Shown piece by piece: positions 14,901-29,900 of a DNA stretch of 64,000 nucleotides; position 1 is the first letter of the stretch; each line of letters begins with the position of its first letter. The DNA comes from Balanoglossus misakiensis (taxonomy: Eukaryota; Animalia; Hemichordata). The notes under the pieces are model-generated. The model ran no database searches. It saw only the letters and a list, made by a program, of their open reading frames with translations, and was not told the origin of the DNA. Where the stretch lies: contig CM082580.2 in the NCBI GenBank assembly GCA_040954595.2, forward strand, positions 4,888,783 through 4,952,782, in the 5' to 3' direction. Position numbers and translations under genes: made by a program.

Positions 14901-17900
14901 CTACAGTGAACCCTGTCATCATGCAAAAAATGAAATATCATAATGTTTTATCAACACTGTCAACATTCTTAAAATTAAATATGATGTTTTATCAATAAAA
15001 CATATCCTGTAATACTCAATGTACAAAACAACTTCTGTGTCCTGGGTGGTGTAACAGTTGTAATCAAGAACACTGCATTCTCTTCCATTTTCAGAAATGT
15101 TAAAATTGAAATCGCCAGAATCTTTCCACTATCTGAACCAAAGTGGGTGTGTTGACGATCCTTCCATCGATGATCGTGCAAGTTTTGAGAATATCAAGGT
15201 AAGTAAAATGTTGATAAACGTTTTGTATAAATTGAAATACAACTTTTATGCAAAACTGAAGTTTACTTTAGCAGTCTTATTTGCATTATTTGAATAAAAT
15301 CTGAAATCATGAATTGTATTCCAAGACAAAAAAGCAGGCATTTTTCGGAAAAGAAAAGAGAAAATGAAAAGAATGATATTTAAATTTTTGTTCCCTTTTA
15401 CATTTCAGGAGGCTATGAGTGTGATGAAATTCAAGGAAAGTGAAATATCTGACATCTTTAAAGTGATAGCCTCTGTTTTACATCTTGGTAACATGGAGTT
15501 TATAACTGCCGGTGGAGCACAGCTTTCTGACAGATCAGGTGGGTTGATTCTTTTCTGAACTTCCAAATCTTATGCTTATCATATCTTTAATATTTAACGA
15601 GACATGCACAACATAATGCAAACGCAATATTAACGAAGTGAAAGCAATGTCCATTGCATCTTTATTCATTTGTAATATACAAAATAGAGTCATGAAAAAC
15701 AGCAAGTAACATACAAAAAGCATGCTGTAGATGGAAAACATTGACATGACAAGCATAGTATTACATATAGATAACATGGCCACAGAATGTTGGAGAACAG
15801 AACAAAAATTTTACGTCACATTCCTGATAGTCCTGACAATCTCACTAATCAAAATAATCTAGAATGCCTGCCTTTGAAATACTTTCTATAAGTGTGTGTG
15901 TGTATCAGTGTCTACACTCCTACTCGCTCTCATCCCTTCCCACGCCATTCTCATCGACAGCCCTGGAAATTGTATCCAAGTTACTGGGCGTTGACGAGTA
16001 CCAGCTCAGTGATGTCATGACGCAGAAATCGATGATTCTGAGAGGAGAGGAGATTCTGCAGCCTCTAGAAATTGACCAGGTAATACAGATCGGATTTATA
16101 CTCCGGTAATATCAATGGTGCACGCTGGGTTGTGTCACCTGTGTACTACTGGACAAATGTCACTCTTGTGTGCATATTTTTGGATGCCAAGTTGTTGCTT
16201 GGCAACCAGATTACATTAACAAATTCGGTGAAATAAAAACATGAAGTAAAAGTGATCTTATTTTCAGTATGGATGATTGTTCCCGTAATAAATTCAAACG
16301 ACAGTTGTTTGTATCTTGAATGTTAATACTTCACATGAGTAATCCCCATTGGAAAAATACTCAATGGATGTGCAAATGTGTCTACCACATAAGGTCTAGT
16401 TTATTCTCCGTTTTATGAAATCAAGTTATATTTAAATAAACATCACATTCTCTTGTGAACAGTAGTTGCACAAAGTTGAATAATGGACTCTGTGTAATGC
16501 TTTGATATAATCTAGATTTGGGTTAATAGCACAGCGTATTCAGACTCGATCAGTATTTCCCTCCTTCATCTGTTTTCATTTGATTTCAGGCGGAAGCATC
16601 GCGTGACTCCCTTGCCATGAATCTCTATGCCAGATGTTTCCAATGGATCATCAGCAAAATTAACAGTTGCGTCCGAGGAGCTGTGAATTTCTGTTCCATT
16701 GGAGTGCTCGATATTTTCGGTTTCGAAAACTTTGAGGTAAGGGGATGGTCATGTGATTACAACTAGAACAGGCCAACTGGCAACAGAGAAAGGCATGTTG
16801 AAAAGATTGCAAGTATTCTGAAAATATATTTTGTAAATGCAAGCTAACAGTGAAATAAAATGTTAACAAATTTTTTGTATTTTCAATGGAAAAAAATACT
16901 GTTTAAGATAGTTCTGGGTTTGTACAAATCTGATTACTTACTGTATATGCCCATTTTATTCCTTGCTGGTGTGGTTTAGTTGTAATCTAGATAAATATTC
17001 AACTCACTTTTAACAGGTGTGAGATGCCAAAGGAGATTTAGATCAATTATGCAAATTAGGAAGAGCAGACGTTTTACCGCAGAGCTGAACTTCCTGAAAC
17101 GTGTCTTGAATTCTTATGAATGGATATGGCAAAATGCCCTGTTGCTTTTATCTGTATTGTTAATCTGAACGGCTGTCAGTCAAGCTGTCTTTCAGACTTG
17201 ATGTATTGTTACTAGTGTCAGTAGTCCTTAAAAGTGTGAAGTCTGTGTGAAGAAAACACATTAAGGATGTACGTTCAGTAAAATTGAAAGTATTGTCATT
17301 TTTTAATTGTGGATTTTTGGATTCTCCTTTGTATGTATAATGAAAATCCGTAATAAAATATAGGGGTCACCGCGCTTGTTTTTGAAATACAGAGCCATGA
17401 ATTTAGTCGATAATAGAAGAAAACTGCTGACTCAGCATTTTTCACCAATGGTTTGTCTATGGGCAAATTTTTTGACGCAATTTATCTCAAAATAGAGCGC
17501 GGTGACCCCTATATTTTATTTGACCAATGAATTTATACTTACTGGACTGAGCTATGTGTAAAATTTCGTGAAAATGACAATAGTAGAAGTTTGTTTTCTA
17601 GCAATTTTCAATGTAATCCTATGGGAAAAAAAACGGGCGCGCACTGTTTCCGGTTTATGTTCTTCGCGTACATCCTTAAAGTAGTATGCGCCCCGGGGAC
17701 ATTTTTTCAGAAAAATGATACTTCTCCATGCCAGTCAATTCTTTGATATATTTCAGTGTGTGAGGAGTCATTTCGAAAACAAAGAAGAAAACAAGGTGTT
17801 CACTGTCTTGTTTTCATAAAAATCACTATTATGTATTTGCTCCATAGAGTTAACACAGAGATGACGGCCATTTTGAATTTCAGATTTGAGACATTTTCAC

Positions 17901-20900
17901 TCTCTCATTCAAATTTTTGCATGGTGACCCCTGTTTTTCATTTTCGATTTAAAGAGAGAATGTTGTAAATTTGCGTACTGATTTGATTACTGCTGATGTA
18001 AATTTCATTCAGTTTCATTGACTTGACAACTTGTTCATCTGTCTCCTTTATGCCCTCAAATACCTGTAGGTGAATCGCTTCGAACAGTTCAACATCAACT
18101 ACGCCAACGAGAAACTACAGGAGTATTTCAACAAACATATCTTTTCGTTGGAACAACATGAGTACAACACAGAAGGCTTGGCCTGGGTTGATATTGACTG
18201 GTCTGACAATGGAGAATGTCTCGATCTCGTGGAAAGGGTGAGTTTGTCATGCATCATCAGTGATTATTGCTACACGTCCCATATCAGCCAGTTCTTGTGA
18301 TTGGTTGAAACACAGACTCGGAATTAAGTACATAATTGGTGTGTGCTACTCAGCCTGTCTGTGTGTTGTGTGATCCTGTTCACTGAGCAGCCTCTGTTAA
18401 GAATTATTGCCCCACGCATTTCATTTCAAACATACACTCCCTGGCACTCCTAATTCAAAGTGGTATCACACAACTTCATAAATCTCAAATGATCTGTGAC
18501 CTACACAAGTTATTTTCATGAGTTATTACTTTCATGAGCACAGCGAGTGAAAGTACAGCAGAATGCTCTGCATCATAAGTGAAAATTACTTCTGTACGGC
18601 ACAGATCTTTCGCAGAGTTTGTGGAGTTCTGTTATTATCGTTAGCGGTGCGTCAAATTTGACGAGAATTCGGTCACAGGGTATTGATGTTCAGTGCAGTG
18701 TGGTGGCAGTGGCGATATTTGTTTCAATCTATATCTGTAAAAATTAATCACTGTATTTATTTGCCATATCTTGGCCTCCAATCAAGATCTGTGGTGCTGA
18801 GCCTATAGCATCTCTTCACACCCAATTATGAATAATTTGAAAACAGATATGTGCAGGTGTTGTTTTATTGGCATAACGAAACTCAGTGCCTCAAGAAGGA
18901 TTAAAAAGACAACAGGGATGAAATTAGTCACGAAGACTTTCACTTTGTGTTGATTAATGATTGTTAAAACCCGCATTATACATTCTGTTTGTGTGCTCTA
19001 GCATAAAATTATGCCTGCATCACGAATTATCTGAATTTCATTAGACAAAATTAAAATAAATAAAATGATCCTTCAAGCGTGTTTATGTATAAATTGAGAC
19101 GTGGTATGCGTTATTTGCTTGACCGGTGAATGAGTATGTCAACTGATTCAGAGTTTATAATGCAGAGATGAAAACATGTTTATAGAATGAATAATTTTAG
19201 TGGCAGTATGAAAGGTATTATGCATTGTTGCATCCATACTTACCAAGTGATGTGGAACAGTGTATGTATATAGAGTTGCAGCCCACATAGGTGTTGCAAA
19301 TGCTTTGCATGAATAACAAACTTTTTCACTTGTATGGCCAAATTGTCACAAGAGTCTGTCGACAATTGATAAAATAGTATGATGAGTATTATTAATCCAG
19401 GGGATCATTCTTTAATCACTAAGAAAATTGTTATTTGTAAACAGTTGTAATTTTATATGCCAATCATTTAACGATATCAAACGTTTCAGTCCCATTGGAG
19501 TACAGTATTTCATTACAGAATCAGGCAAAATGAGTTTTATGTTGTCCCCACTATCAAATTTCATGCATCCAGTTGTATTTCATTTTAAATAATTCATGCA
19601 GCACCAGCATCACATGCACTGGGAGCTTGAAACACTATAATCTATATGTAAGAGGATTGTGGTCGTATAATATTGCACAATATTATAAGGTCACTCTGTT
19701 GAATGATATTAGTCAAATATCTAGAAGCCATGTAAGGTGGTCAGTGATTGGAATATACAAGCTGTCGGTGAGGGAACAAAAATCCAATGACACTTTCCAA
19801 AAACAAGATGTGTAGAGCAATATTGCAGCTCTCCACACTGACCTGTATGTAAACTGTAAAATATTAAAATTGATTGATTTATCGTTGATGAATGCCACAG
19901 GTAGTATACACACAGTGTGTGATTTCTTCACCACTTGTTGGACATTTTCTTAATTCCTGCACAATAAAACGAGCCACATACATGTATGCTGCTTCAGTGC
20001 CTTCTAGTAATTTGTGTGCACAGCTTTTTAGATTCAAGTATGTCATAAGCTGTATAATAGCACTACAAATATTGATTTGCCAAAGCCTTTTATGACATGC
20101 TGTATTATTACATGCCCGTGATTGATGTCAAATCAGCCGTAATTACCTGCCATTTCCATTCATAGCGGATTTTTCATTGAAATTATTACTATTGTGCACT
20201 CCGGAAGTTCTGTGTATCACTATGCAGGGAATGCTATTACTGTGTACAGATTCCATTGATTGTGCGGTCTGTGTACATTGTAATTGATGTTTTTAGTATC
20301 CCTGTTGTCAGTATTGATGACTTGAGTTACTAATTGACTGATCGATGGAGAAAAAAAATTAATTACCGGGCTCGTGAGAAAACTTTTTGTAATATACAGG
20401 TAGCAGTTGAGTGAGAGTATGTGTGGAGGTTGTACAAATGAAATCAGGTTGGCTAATTGAGTTCCAGTTTACTCAGATTACAAAATGTCATGGTACACTC
20501 CATTTTCCCATTGAAAAATCATTGCTATTTGAAAATAATTGAAATAAATTAATTCATAAAAAAATATTGGCAAATTCCAACACTCTCATGTTGCCCAATT
20601 ATTATTCAGAATCTGTTTGGATAGCAAGAGTCAAGATTCAGATTGTTATATTTGTTCTCTGCACGTTGTTGAACTATCCTGTTTCTGTCCCTTTATCAAA
20701 CCATACCTGTGCTTTTATTGTGAGTAAGCTATAGTCATTTTCATAGTGTGTGTGCAGATCTGGCCACACGATTACCATAGCAACAACCACAATCTAGATT
20801 GTTGCCATTTGTGGTTTTATGTAGCAATATCCTGTGATTGAATTAATCGAGGTCTGCTTTTTGTAATGGCATCTTCCATTCAGCTAAATGGCTCTAAATG

Positions 20901-23900
20901 ATGCCACTATGCCAGCAATTTTGTGTTTTGTCATACCAGCAGAGTAGTGCAGCCTGTATAGCCAGATATGAGAGGTTCAATGTGTGGATATTGAGCGTGT
21001 CGATGAAAAATTCTGATCTGTGGTCAGTATACTGTAAAACGGGAAATTTTCATGACAGGAAATTTTCGCGAAATCAACAGAGGCGGCTATTTCGCGATGA
21101 TTAATTTTCGCGTTCTCTTTGTCTCCGAATAATATTCTTTCGTACACACTGTTCTTTCGCAACTATTATCGCGTTTTTTTTTTTTGCTTCGCGTAGTTTG
21201 CGAAAATTTATCATTTGCAAAATTTTCCCGTTTTACAGTAGTCCAGGTTTCTGCCGCTGACTTGATCACCCGCATGGATGAACAACTGCAAATCATAAGA
21301 TATCCGTGTGTCTCTTTAATAAGACCGCATGTCCTAAAGGTAAATTGCAAGGTAAAAAAAGGCCATGCAGAGATAATACGGCAGTCCTTAAATGCTCATT
21401 GTACTGATGATACGAAATCTAGTTTCAGTGAAAGCCAGCGTTTAATCAACCCCGTTTCAGAACAGCTTGAACTTTCAATGCTCAATCGACTTTGATTCTA
21501 ATTTCCGTTTTGAGAGATTGGCTTGAATAGACAGAATATGGCTTAGACATGTTAGAGAGTACTGATCAAAATGAAGGTGGACAGACATGCAAAGACCGAT
21601 GGGTAGATAAACGGTTTATCAGTTTTCATCTGTAGTCTCCCATTGGCTAACCTGCAGATAGATAATCTTACATTGCTTTGCACTGCACATTGTACCTGTT
21701 TGTTATTCAGTGTAACAATTTCTTTTCAGAAGTTTCATTGCTAAGGCATTGTACGTATAATGTCCAAAACAATTTTCATTGTGAGTTTAGTCATTATGCG
21801 CTAAAAATAATGTTGAGATTTGCTCTTTCTGAAACGTTTGTCTTCATTTGCGAGACAAATCCGACTTGAATGCAAAGGATTCTGTAAAGAGACTATGTTG
21901 TATGACAATGTTGAATCATCACCCCTCCACTAATTACCCTTCCAGATCAGCCGAAACTTCACGTGCGTGATCTAACACCATTTTCTACTTTGTTTCCATA
22001 GAAACTTGGTATTTTGGCTCTGATAGACGAGGAGAGCAGATTCCCCAAGGGAACAGATCAGTCCATGCTGACCAAGTTGCATCGTGCACACTATGTAAGT
22101 ACATCCGACATCTTCCACAGTGCTTTTACAGAGGAATGCTGCGTGTGACAGTCAACACCGAGCAGTGAAGCTGAGCCTTTAAAACAGGAAGTACCTATAA
22201 CCAGGTTAAAACCTCCCTAGCTGTCGGCTAATGGTGCTTGTCCTTGTTACCATGGCTACAGTTCCACTTGAAAACATGTCATCCTCAGAAATGAGAGGCA
22301 TTCATGAGATTTGTGCAGGTGATAATGGATTTTTTTTTTCATTGTCGCTGCTGATAGTGACATTGATCTGTGCATCAGAAATATTGGCAGCTAGGTCAAG
22401 TTGCTATCCAGCTTTGACTTGTCCGATAAGACGCTTTATTGATTAAGTTTTAAGCATGCATGTTGGAATTGTGTTCTGTTTTTAAATTAGCAGTCGCTGT
22501 AACAACACGTACCAACTTATTATACATGTTTATCTTTCATATTAGAGGTTACTGCCAACATTCCTTGCACAAATAATGTTGTTTTCATTTTACTGCAATT
22601 TCTCTTTTGTTTCTGATTTCTTAGTCAATCTGTCACCCTATTCCATGCCCATAATAACTTATAATTGAAATTTCACTCGGAAAAAAAACTGCATTGTGAT
22701 TGAGTGAGAAATCAAATCAAAGCCAGAATAAATCGAATATTGAAATCCATGTTTGTTTACTTTGACTAAAATCAATAAAGTGATTTTCTGTCCAACAGGA
22801 ATCTGCAAATGCCATCCGAAATACACTTTGATAAGACTTCACTTCTTTTGGCATTTTCTTTATGTTAAACGTATTGAGCTAGATGCCTATCCATATCCTA
22901 TTGTTGCTTGTCAGTTCTGACAACCATACAAAAGGAAATTGATAGAAGTAGGCCATACATTGTTGATAGGCTACAAAACGACCGTACAAAGCAGAAAAGG
23001 AATGAACCATCAATTATTTGAATGATTTTGAAAGACATCTGCATTACTTGAACACAATGAACACATCTGGTAAACCCTAATGATTAAAATTTATATTTGT
23101 CTTAAATGTAGTATATACAGAGTTGTATATCTCTGCTGCTTTAATTGTGCAATTTTATTTCTCAATTTTCTAAAAAAATGTTGCGCTATTTATCCTGAAG
23201 TATGCATTTTACTGTCTTCTCTTGCCACTTATGTTATTTTCACTGATTTCATGAAACATGGCAAATTCAATCTACATGTATGTTTTCAGAGCCATTTGTA
23301 GGAATACTGGTATCTATGGAAATTGTTCAGTTTATAATCATGATAGAATTTTCTTTTTTATTCATACATTTGGAATTTTTGAGGACTGAAGCTATCGTTT
23401 GAGTCAAACTGTGATGCTTTTACTCAGTGTCACAAACCACGACTGGTAATGGTATTGACTTTTTAAAACCCATCTCATTTTTACAGGAAAACGCTTTCTA
23501 CATCAAACCCAGGATAACCAATGCAAAGTTTGGCATCAAACACTATGCCGGGGAAGTATTCTATGACAGTGTGGGTTTCCTGGAGAAAAACAGGGATACA
23601 TTCCGGGATGACCTACTGATGCTCTTACAAGACACAAGGTGTGTATTTCCGGGAAAAGAGGTTCTATTGAGTTAATAGTCCTTTGTCGTTTGTTGAAAGC
23701 TAACATAATCTTGGACCTCTCTTTAAGATATTTGTATCCAGTCAAGAAGAATATATTTTAATAAAGGTAAAGAAGACTGCAATTTATGAGAAAAGAAATT
23801 TTCAAGTCTCTCACTCTCATGTATTTCAGGTCTGACTTTGTATACGATATGTTTGAATCTGTGAAAGCGATGAAGGCTAACAACACCAAAACCATCCGAA

Positions 23901-26900
23901 AGAAAGCAACAGTCAGCTCCCAATTCAAGGTAATGTCTCTCATACATCTAGTGAATTTCCCCTGCGAAACAGTATTGCAGAGAAGATTCATCAGATAATT
24001 TTAGTGAGTCAATGTTGTGAGAATGCCAGAAGTTCATGGTCACCTTTTAATGTCATTAAGGTTCTAAATGTGTGTTTGTGTGTGTGTTTGATTGTGTGGG
24101 TTGTACAGGTGACTAGCACCTGTACAAAGCATTTTATCTCAAAGTATAGTAGCAATAGAATAAGAAAGTAACTTTGAAAATTCTGAATACAGAGAACCCT
24201 TTAGTGTCTAGAAAGTTCTCAATTTATTGACAAAAACGTCCTTGTTTATTCACAGGACTCCCTACAAGCGCTCATGAACACACTGAAATCTTGTAACCCC
24301 TATTTTGTACGATGCGTCAAGCCAAACTCAGCCAAGGTAAGAACACGGTTGTCATGGCATTGATTTCTCAATTTCTGTAGCACTCAACCAAATTGGGTAT
24401 TTTCATAGAAATTGTGATGCAAAAAATAACTGTTGTCTTTCTCAGTTTCCAATTGCACAAATAGCAGTTACTGTAACAGTATGTCTTTTTGACATCCATA
24501 CAAGATCCAATGAATACTGAACCACCTCTGAAATGAACGATAGATAGGCTTGTGAATGTGAAATTACACATGAGACACACAGCGCCCTCTTGTGGCAAGC
24601 ATAGCAAATTCTTTGCCTAATATACCGGTAGTCAAAAAACTATGACTTTTCTAAAACATGAAATGAACTGTAATTAATGTGCATTCGGGCTAATTTGTAA
24701 ATCAAAATCTATAAGAAGATGCTAATTTGACCTCACTAAATTAAAAGTACCTGATGACTGTTGGTCGGACTTTAATTAAGTCCAGTTGTTGCTTTAAGAT
24801 GGTCAGCTCTATGAATAACAAACACTATGACTAAACCGTGTATCTCATTTCCTGACTTGGATTCACACACAGTTAGCCGAGCGGTTTGATGCTCAGCTGG
24901 TCATGAACCAACTGAAGTACTCGGGAATGTTGGAGACGGTGAAAATCAGGAGAGCAGGCTTTCCTGTGCGCAGATTATTTGAAGATTTTATCAAGAGGTA
25001 AGCTGATCACTTGAATGATTTGAGTCACCGGTTTTTGAAGATGGCTGGCTGCAAATTGATGTCCCCTACTGCTGGTGATTTATAGATGGGAGTATCTGAT
25101 ACTGGTTATAGTGCTCTGGTATATTTGTCATGGTTTTGGAATTTGACGATATTGATATTGTTCTCCCATTGATGGGAAATGAGGCATAGTGTACGGCTGA
25201 CAGTTGCCAAAGTTTTTATGGATTACACTGTGATGTAGATACAAGCTTGCAGCTGGTAAAAAACACACCTTAGTATTTGTCACTTGTGTTTCTGTTCTTT
25301 GTCATTTATCAAAATCTTTCTCTTGTTGTCATAAAAAGAAAATCACATCCTGATGCCATACCCTGTCTGGTTTTTAAATTATCTGTGTTTGGGTGACGTA
25401 AAATCTTAAAAAAAGTTTTGTGTTGATCTTTTAAAGTAAAAATATGCTAGGCATCCTTGATGTCTGAACTTTCAGTGAGTACATAGGCATTTTTACTGCA
25501 TCATGAGTTTCCGAACCTAGGGTATCAGTTCTGAAACTTTTTTGTCTCAATTTTCATAGCTGCAGTCCAAATTTTGGTCAAATTTGCCAAGTTTTGACTA
25601 TGATTGTAATTATTTCTAGTATCTAGCATGTGTTGTCTGCTTTGGTTCCAACACACAGCTAGATATTAAATGAAATCTGTGCGAACTTTTCAACGTTTCT
25701 GACATAAATCCTGATTTCTCAACATTTTCTGAATGCTGCAGACAAGAGAAGGTCACTTCCATGTTATGAATGGTGATCGCATTTCCTGGGATAGTCCCGA
25801 CGTCTCGTGTCAAATTACAACTGCTTAGTTCTACACCCCCCTGCTGTTCACCTCTGATCCGACCACCCTCTCACTGAGATGATATGGAACGAGCTCATTG
25901 TTACATGTAATGGATCGTCCCATTATCGTCACATGCTTGGGTGTGTATAGGGTCAATTTGAGGTGAACTCTGTCATTGCCAAGATGTGTAGTCAGCAAAT
26001 AATTTAGTTTTTTGAGCCATATGGTTCTGAGGCTGGGTTGGTAATGGGATAAATAGCTAAACATCAAGCTGTGACATTGTGAATAAGTTAAGGATGTACG
26101 CACAGAACATAAACCTGTAAACTGTGGGAACTTGTGCACATCTGTTTCTTCCCATAGAACTGCTAGGAAACTCACTTCTATTGTTGTCATTTTCACAAAC
26201 TTTTACAAATACCCTAGTCAAATAAAAATAAATTCATTGGTCAAATAAAATTGTATGGTCACATTGCATTTGATACATAGAACAAAAGTAGTGGAAATAA
26301 AGCAAAAAGTGACAACTTAAATCCCTTTAATAATCCATTGGAATATTTTAGAATCAAAAGCTGCAGAGTGATTTTGGCTTGCTTCTCATTCTAGATACAA
26401 GGTGCTTATTCCCAGTGGCGTGGCGGAGCAACCACCTGACAGGTGTACATCCGTCATGGTGAAGTACGATGAAAGTAAGAAAAACTGGCAACTGGGAAAA
26501 ACCAAAGTATTCCTCAGGGAGCCGTTGGAATATCAGCTGGAAGTGGAAAGGGAAAAACACCTCCACAGATACGCTACAAGGATACAGGCTTTCGGCAAAG
26601 CATATGTAGCCAAGTATGTGTTTTTGGAATAGTAGTTGAATAGTATCGGTAGTAGTTTAGTATCTAGCCCGTGTTTTGGAAGCACAACAGACAAAACATG
26701 GCTAGATACTTGACGATGTTGGTAGTAGCTTTATTTGTAATGATATTTGTAGTCTTGGAGTCTAGCTGGTGTTTTCAAATTCTGCAAACCTTTAATCCAT
26801 TATGGTGTAGTTGCTCTACTGAAAACACTGACTAGATTCTTAGTTAACAGTCAACATGAAAAAGAAATATTCAAAATGAACAAATTGTAGATTTAAACCA

Positions 26901-29900
26901 ACACTGTATAAGTCTTGGACATTATGAATTACTATAAAACAGTAATTTCACTTGTCTCTGTTGGTTAGTAGTTTGTGTAGTCGCATTTTTGCCTCAGGCT
27001 GAACTCAGAATAATTTGCATATACATGTACATGTATAGAGGTGTCAGTATTGGCCAAGTGTTGCATCCTGGTATATGTGACACAGTCTGATACCATAAAT
27101 AAGTACTTACACTAAACATCGACAGAGATACAGTCCAGATGTGCGGCTGTCTGAGTAATATGACAAAACAGATAACCCCACTTGTGGATAGTGTGATTTA
27201 CATGTGAGGAAATTCCAACAGTATGATATATGGGTGCAATCCTGACCAGAATTTATGAATGGGTCAGTGAGAACACTCAGCGGTATTTGCTTTGCGGATA
27301 AACTCTTTGAAGGATTCACACACATATGGAATGCATATACACTGGAATCTGTGTGTAACCGACTGAACGATTTGAAAATAAATAATTAGTGTGTGTATGT
27401 TACATGGTATGTAAGAGGCCAATTTGGCTGTCACAATGAATTATGAGATAAGTTCTACCATTTGGTAATGCATGTAAGGTGGTGAGGGATTATTTTGGCT
27501 TCAGTATCCAAGGAAAATCTTTTTATTGTCTCTTAAAATGATACCTTCAGTGAGTTTTGTTGATCTTTCATTTATTTTATTTTTTTCAACAGAAAGAAAT
27601 ATCACAGAATTCTTCAGTGCATAGTGATCATCCAGAAAACTTACAAGGTACTGAAGAATACAGTACAATGTACATGTACTTTGATTCTTGGAGAGAGAGA
27701 TTGTTTCAGTTTTCCTCAATTATAATCTTGCTAATGTTTTGTTAGTGTTTTTCACAGAACATTGCAATCAATCTTCGTTAGTTGCAAATGAACTATTTTC
27801 TGTACGCTGGAGGGAGTTAAAATTGCCTGACACTGATTGTAGTACATACAGAATAAGTCTTAGTCCAACCTACACATTTTATATTAAGGTAGTATGCACC
27901 TAGAAAATCAAAATCTTAAAAAAAATTCTCATTTTGTGCTCAGGGCAAAAATTGGACATCCATATGCAAAATTTCGAATGAGTGATCCAAATTGTCTAAA
28001 GTTTGCAATTTAAAATGGCTGCCAATGTTACCACAGACAAATTAATCACCTGAAAGACTCTCACCAGTCTTTGGATAAATCTTGTCATTCTAACATATTC
28101 TGTACCTATCCATAACAGGCACACTTTTACAGAATGAAGTATCTCCACATCAAGAAAGCGATCATCACAATACAAGCATTCGCCAGGGCTATCATTGCAA
28201 AGAAAATCTTTGCTCAGAAACTGGAGGAGAAGAGAATAGAAGAGGAGAGACTGCGAGAAGAACAGAGAAGGAGAGAGGAGGAAGAGAGAAAGTAATTATG
28301 TCTTCTATCACACATTGGGTCTATCGGTACCAATATTACATCTAATTTTCAAAGAAAATATTAGATATAGTTTGAAACATTCAGCTCATACTGAATACTC
28401 CTTTTATAAATAATTCATTTTCTGCATCTGAAATAAATAGTCTTTCGCAAACTTATATATAGAAAATGGGATTGTTCAGTTTTTGCCATGGTTTGAAAAT
28501 AAGGCCTCTAATGAGTTTAGATTTTTTCTGTAGAATTTTATAAATTTCGGAAGTTGTAAGTGTAAAGCCCTTTATTCCTTAACCCTCCCCCCCCCCCAAC
28601 CTTACCATAGAAAACAATGGGCTTGGACTGAAACATGGTCGTGTAAAGTGTTGTGTTGGCACATGTATATCCCATTAAACCCGTCTACACTGTATCCAGT
28701 TCAAACAATTTTCACTGCAATGTTTCTTGCATCCTCTGCCACCCAGGGAATTGGAGAGACTCGAACAAGAGAAGAAAATGAGAGAATTGGAAGAACTGAA
28801 GAGGAAACTAGACGAAGAAGCGAGACTGAAACGAGAAAGAGAGGAAGAACAAAGACGTAAAGAAGAAGCAGAAAGACTGGCAGCCATCGCTAAGGCCAGA
28901 GAACTCGAAGAAGCTAGACGATTGGAAGAGGAGGAGGCAAGGAGAAAAGTAAGAAATAAAATATCCTTCAATGAAAATAGATGTCATCTTTGATTTGATT
29001 TGATTTCTGGTCAGCATTATTGGCACAAAGTCCAAATCACCCAGTCCGCATTCATTTTAAGATTTGACATATCAGATTATTAATCTTGTCTTGTCCTTTT
29101 TTTTTACTCCAAGGCTGAAGAAGAGAGGAGAAGAAAAGAAGCAGAATTGGCAAGGTACATATCCCAAGATGTGTTGAATTCATGTTTCAGTATGTTATTG
29201 GAGAACTTTGTTTGTAATGATATACATTGTAGCAGTTTCATTTTGCGCCTACTTTGACTTGCTAGCGACTTTGTCATGTGGGACCCATGCGTACAGTGGC
29301 AGATGGTGCAACTCCCATCCTTTATGATGTGGAGATTTTTTGAGTTGTCATGGAATCATAATTAATATGACAAACGATATTTGACAGGATAAAAGCAGAA
29401 AGGGAAGAAGAGAGACGACGGGAGGAGGAGAGAAGGAGACAAGAAGCCGAGAGATTGAGAGAAGAAGCAGAGGCGAAAAGACGACAGGAAGAGTTACGAG
29501 TTGCTGAGTTACAAGCATTGAATGAGTTTGACACCTCATTGGCTCTGGTGAGTTTGTGGTGATATGAGATTGTTGATTGTGGAGGGTTGATACTTTGAAC
29601 ATTTCAGTGTCTGAAATTGTTGCATGTACATGAAGATTTTCAAGTTGTAGACGAACCAAAGCACTCTGATGTATAGACACACAACATGTTTGCTTATGTA
29701 AGTAATGAACACCAACAGAAAGAGATTGCTGTCATCCACATAATGTATTGTCACCCACAATGTATGGAGAAGTCATATATGTCCTTAAAGAAACCTTATG
29801 TATGAAATTGTAATATGTAATTCCACAGTTATCTCAGGTCATATGTAATTTGAGCCTCAATGTCATGGTAACCCTGCGACCATTGTTGCCTATTGCAGTA

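Noticed and set aside
24751-24770. CTGATGA hammerhead-core words (also ~9888, 13868, 34025)
   Set aside because: No flanking stems with GAAA and a cleavage triplet; expected by chance
28675-29534. Ser/Leu-rich minus-strand ORFs
   Set aside because: Antisense shadows of the E/R-rich SAH exons
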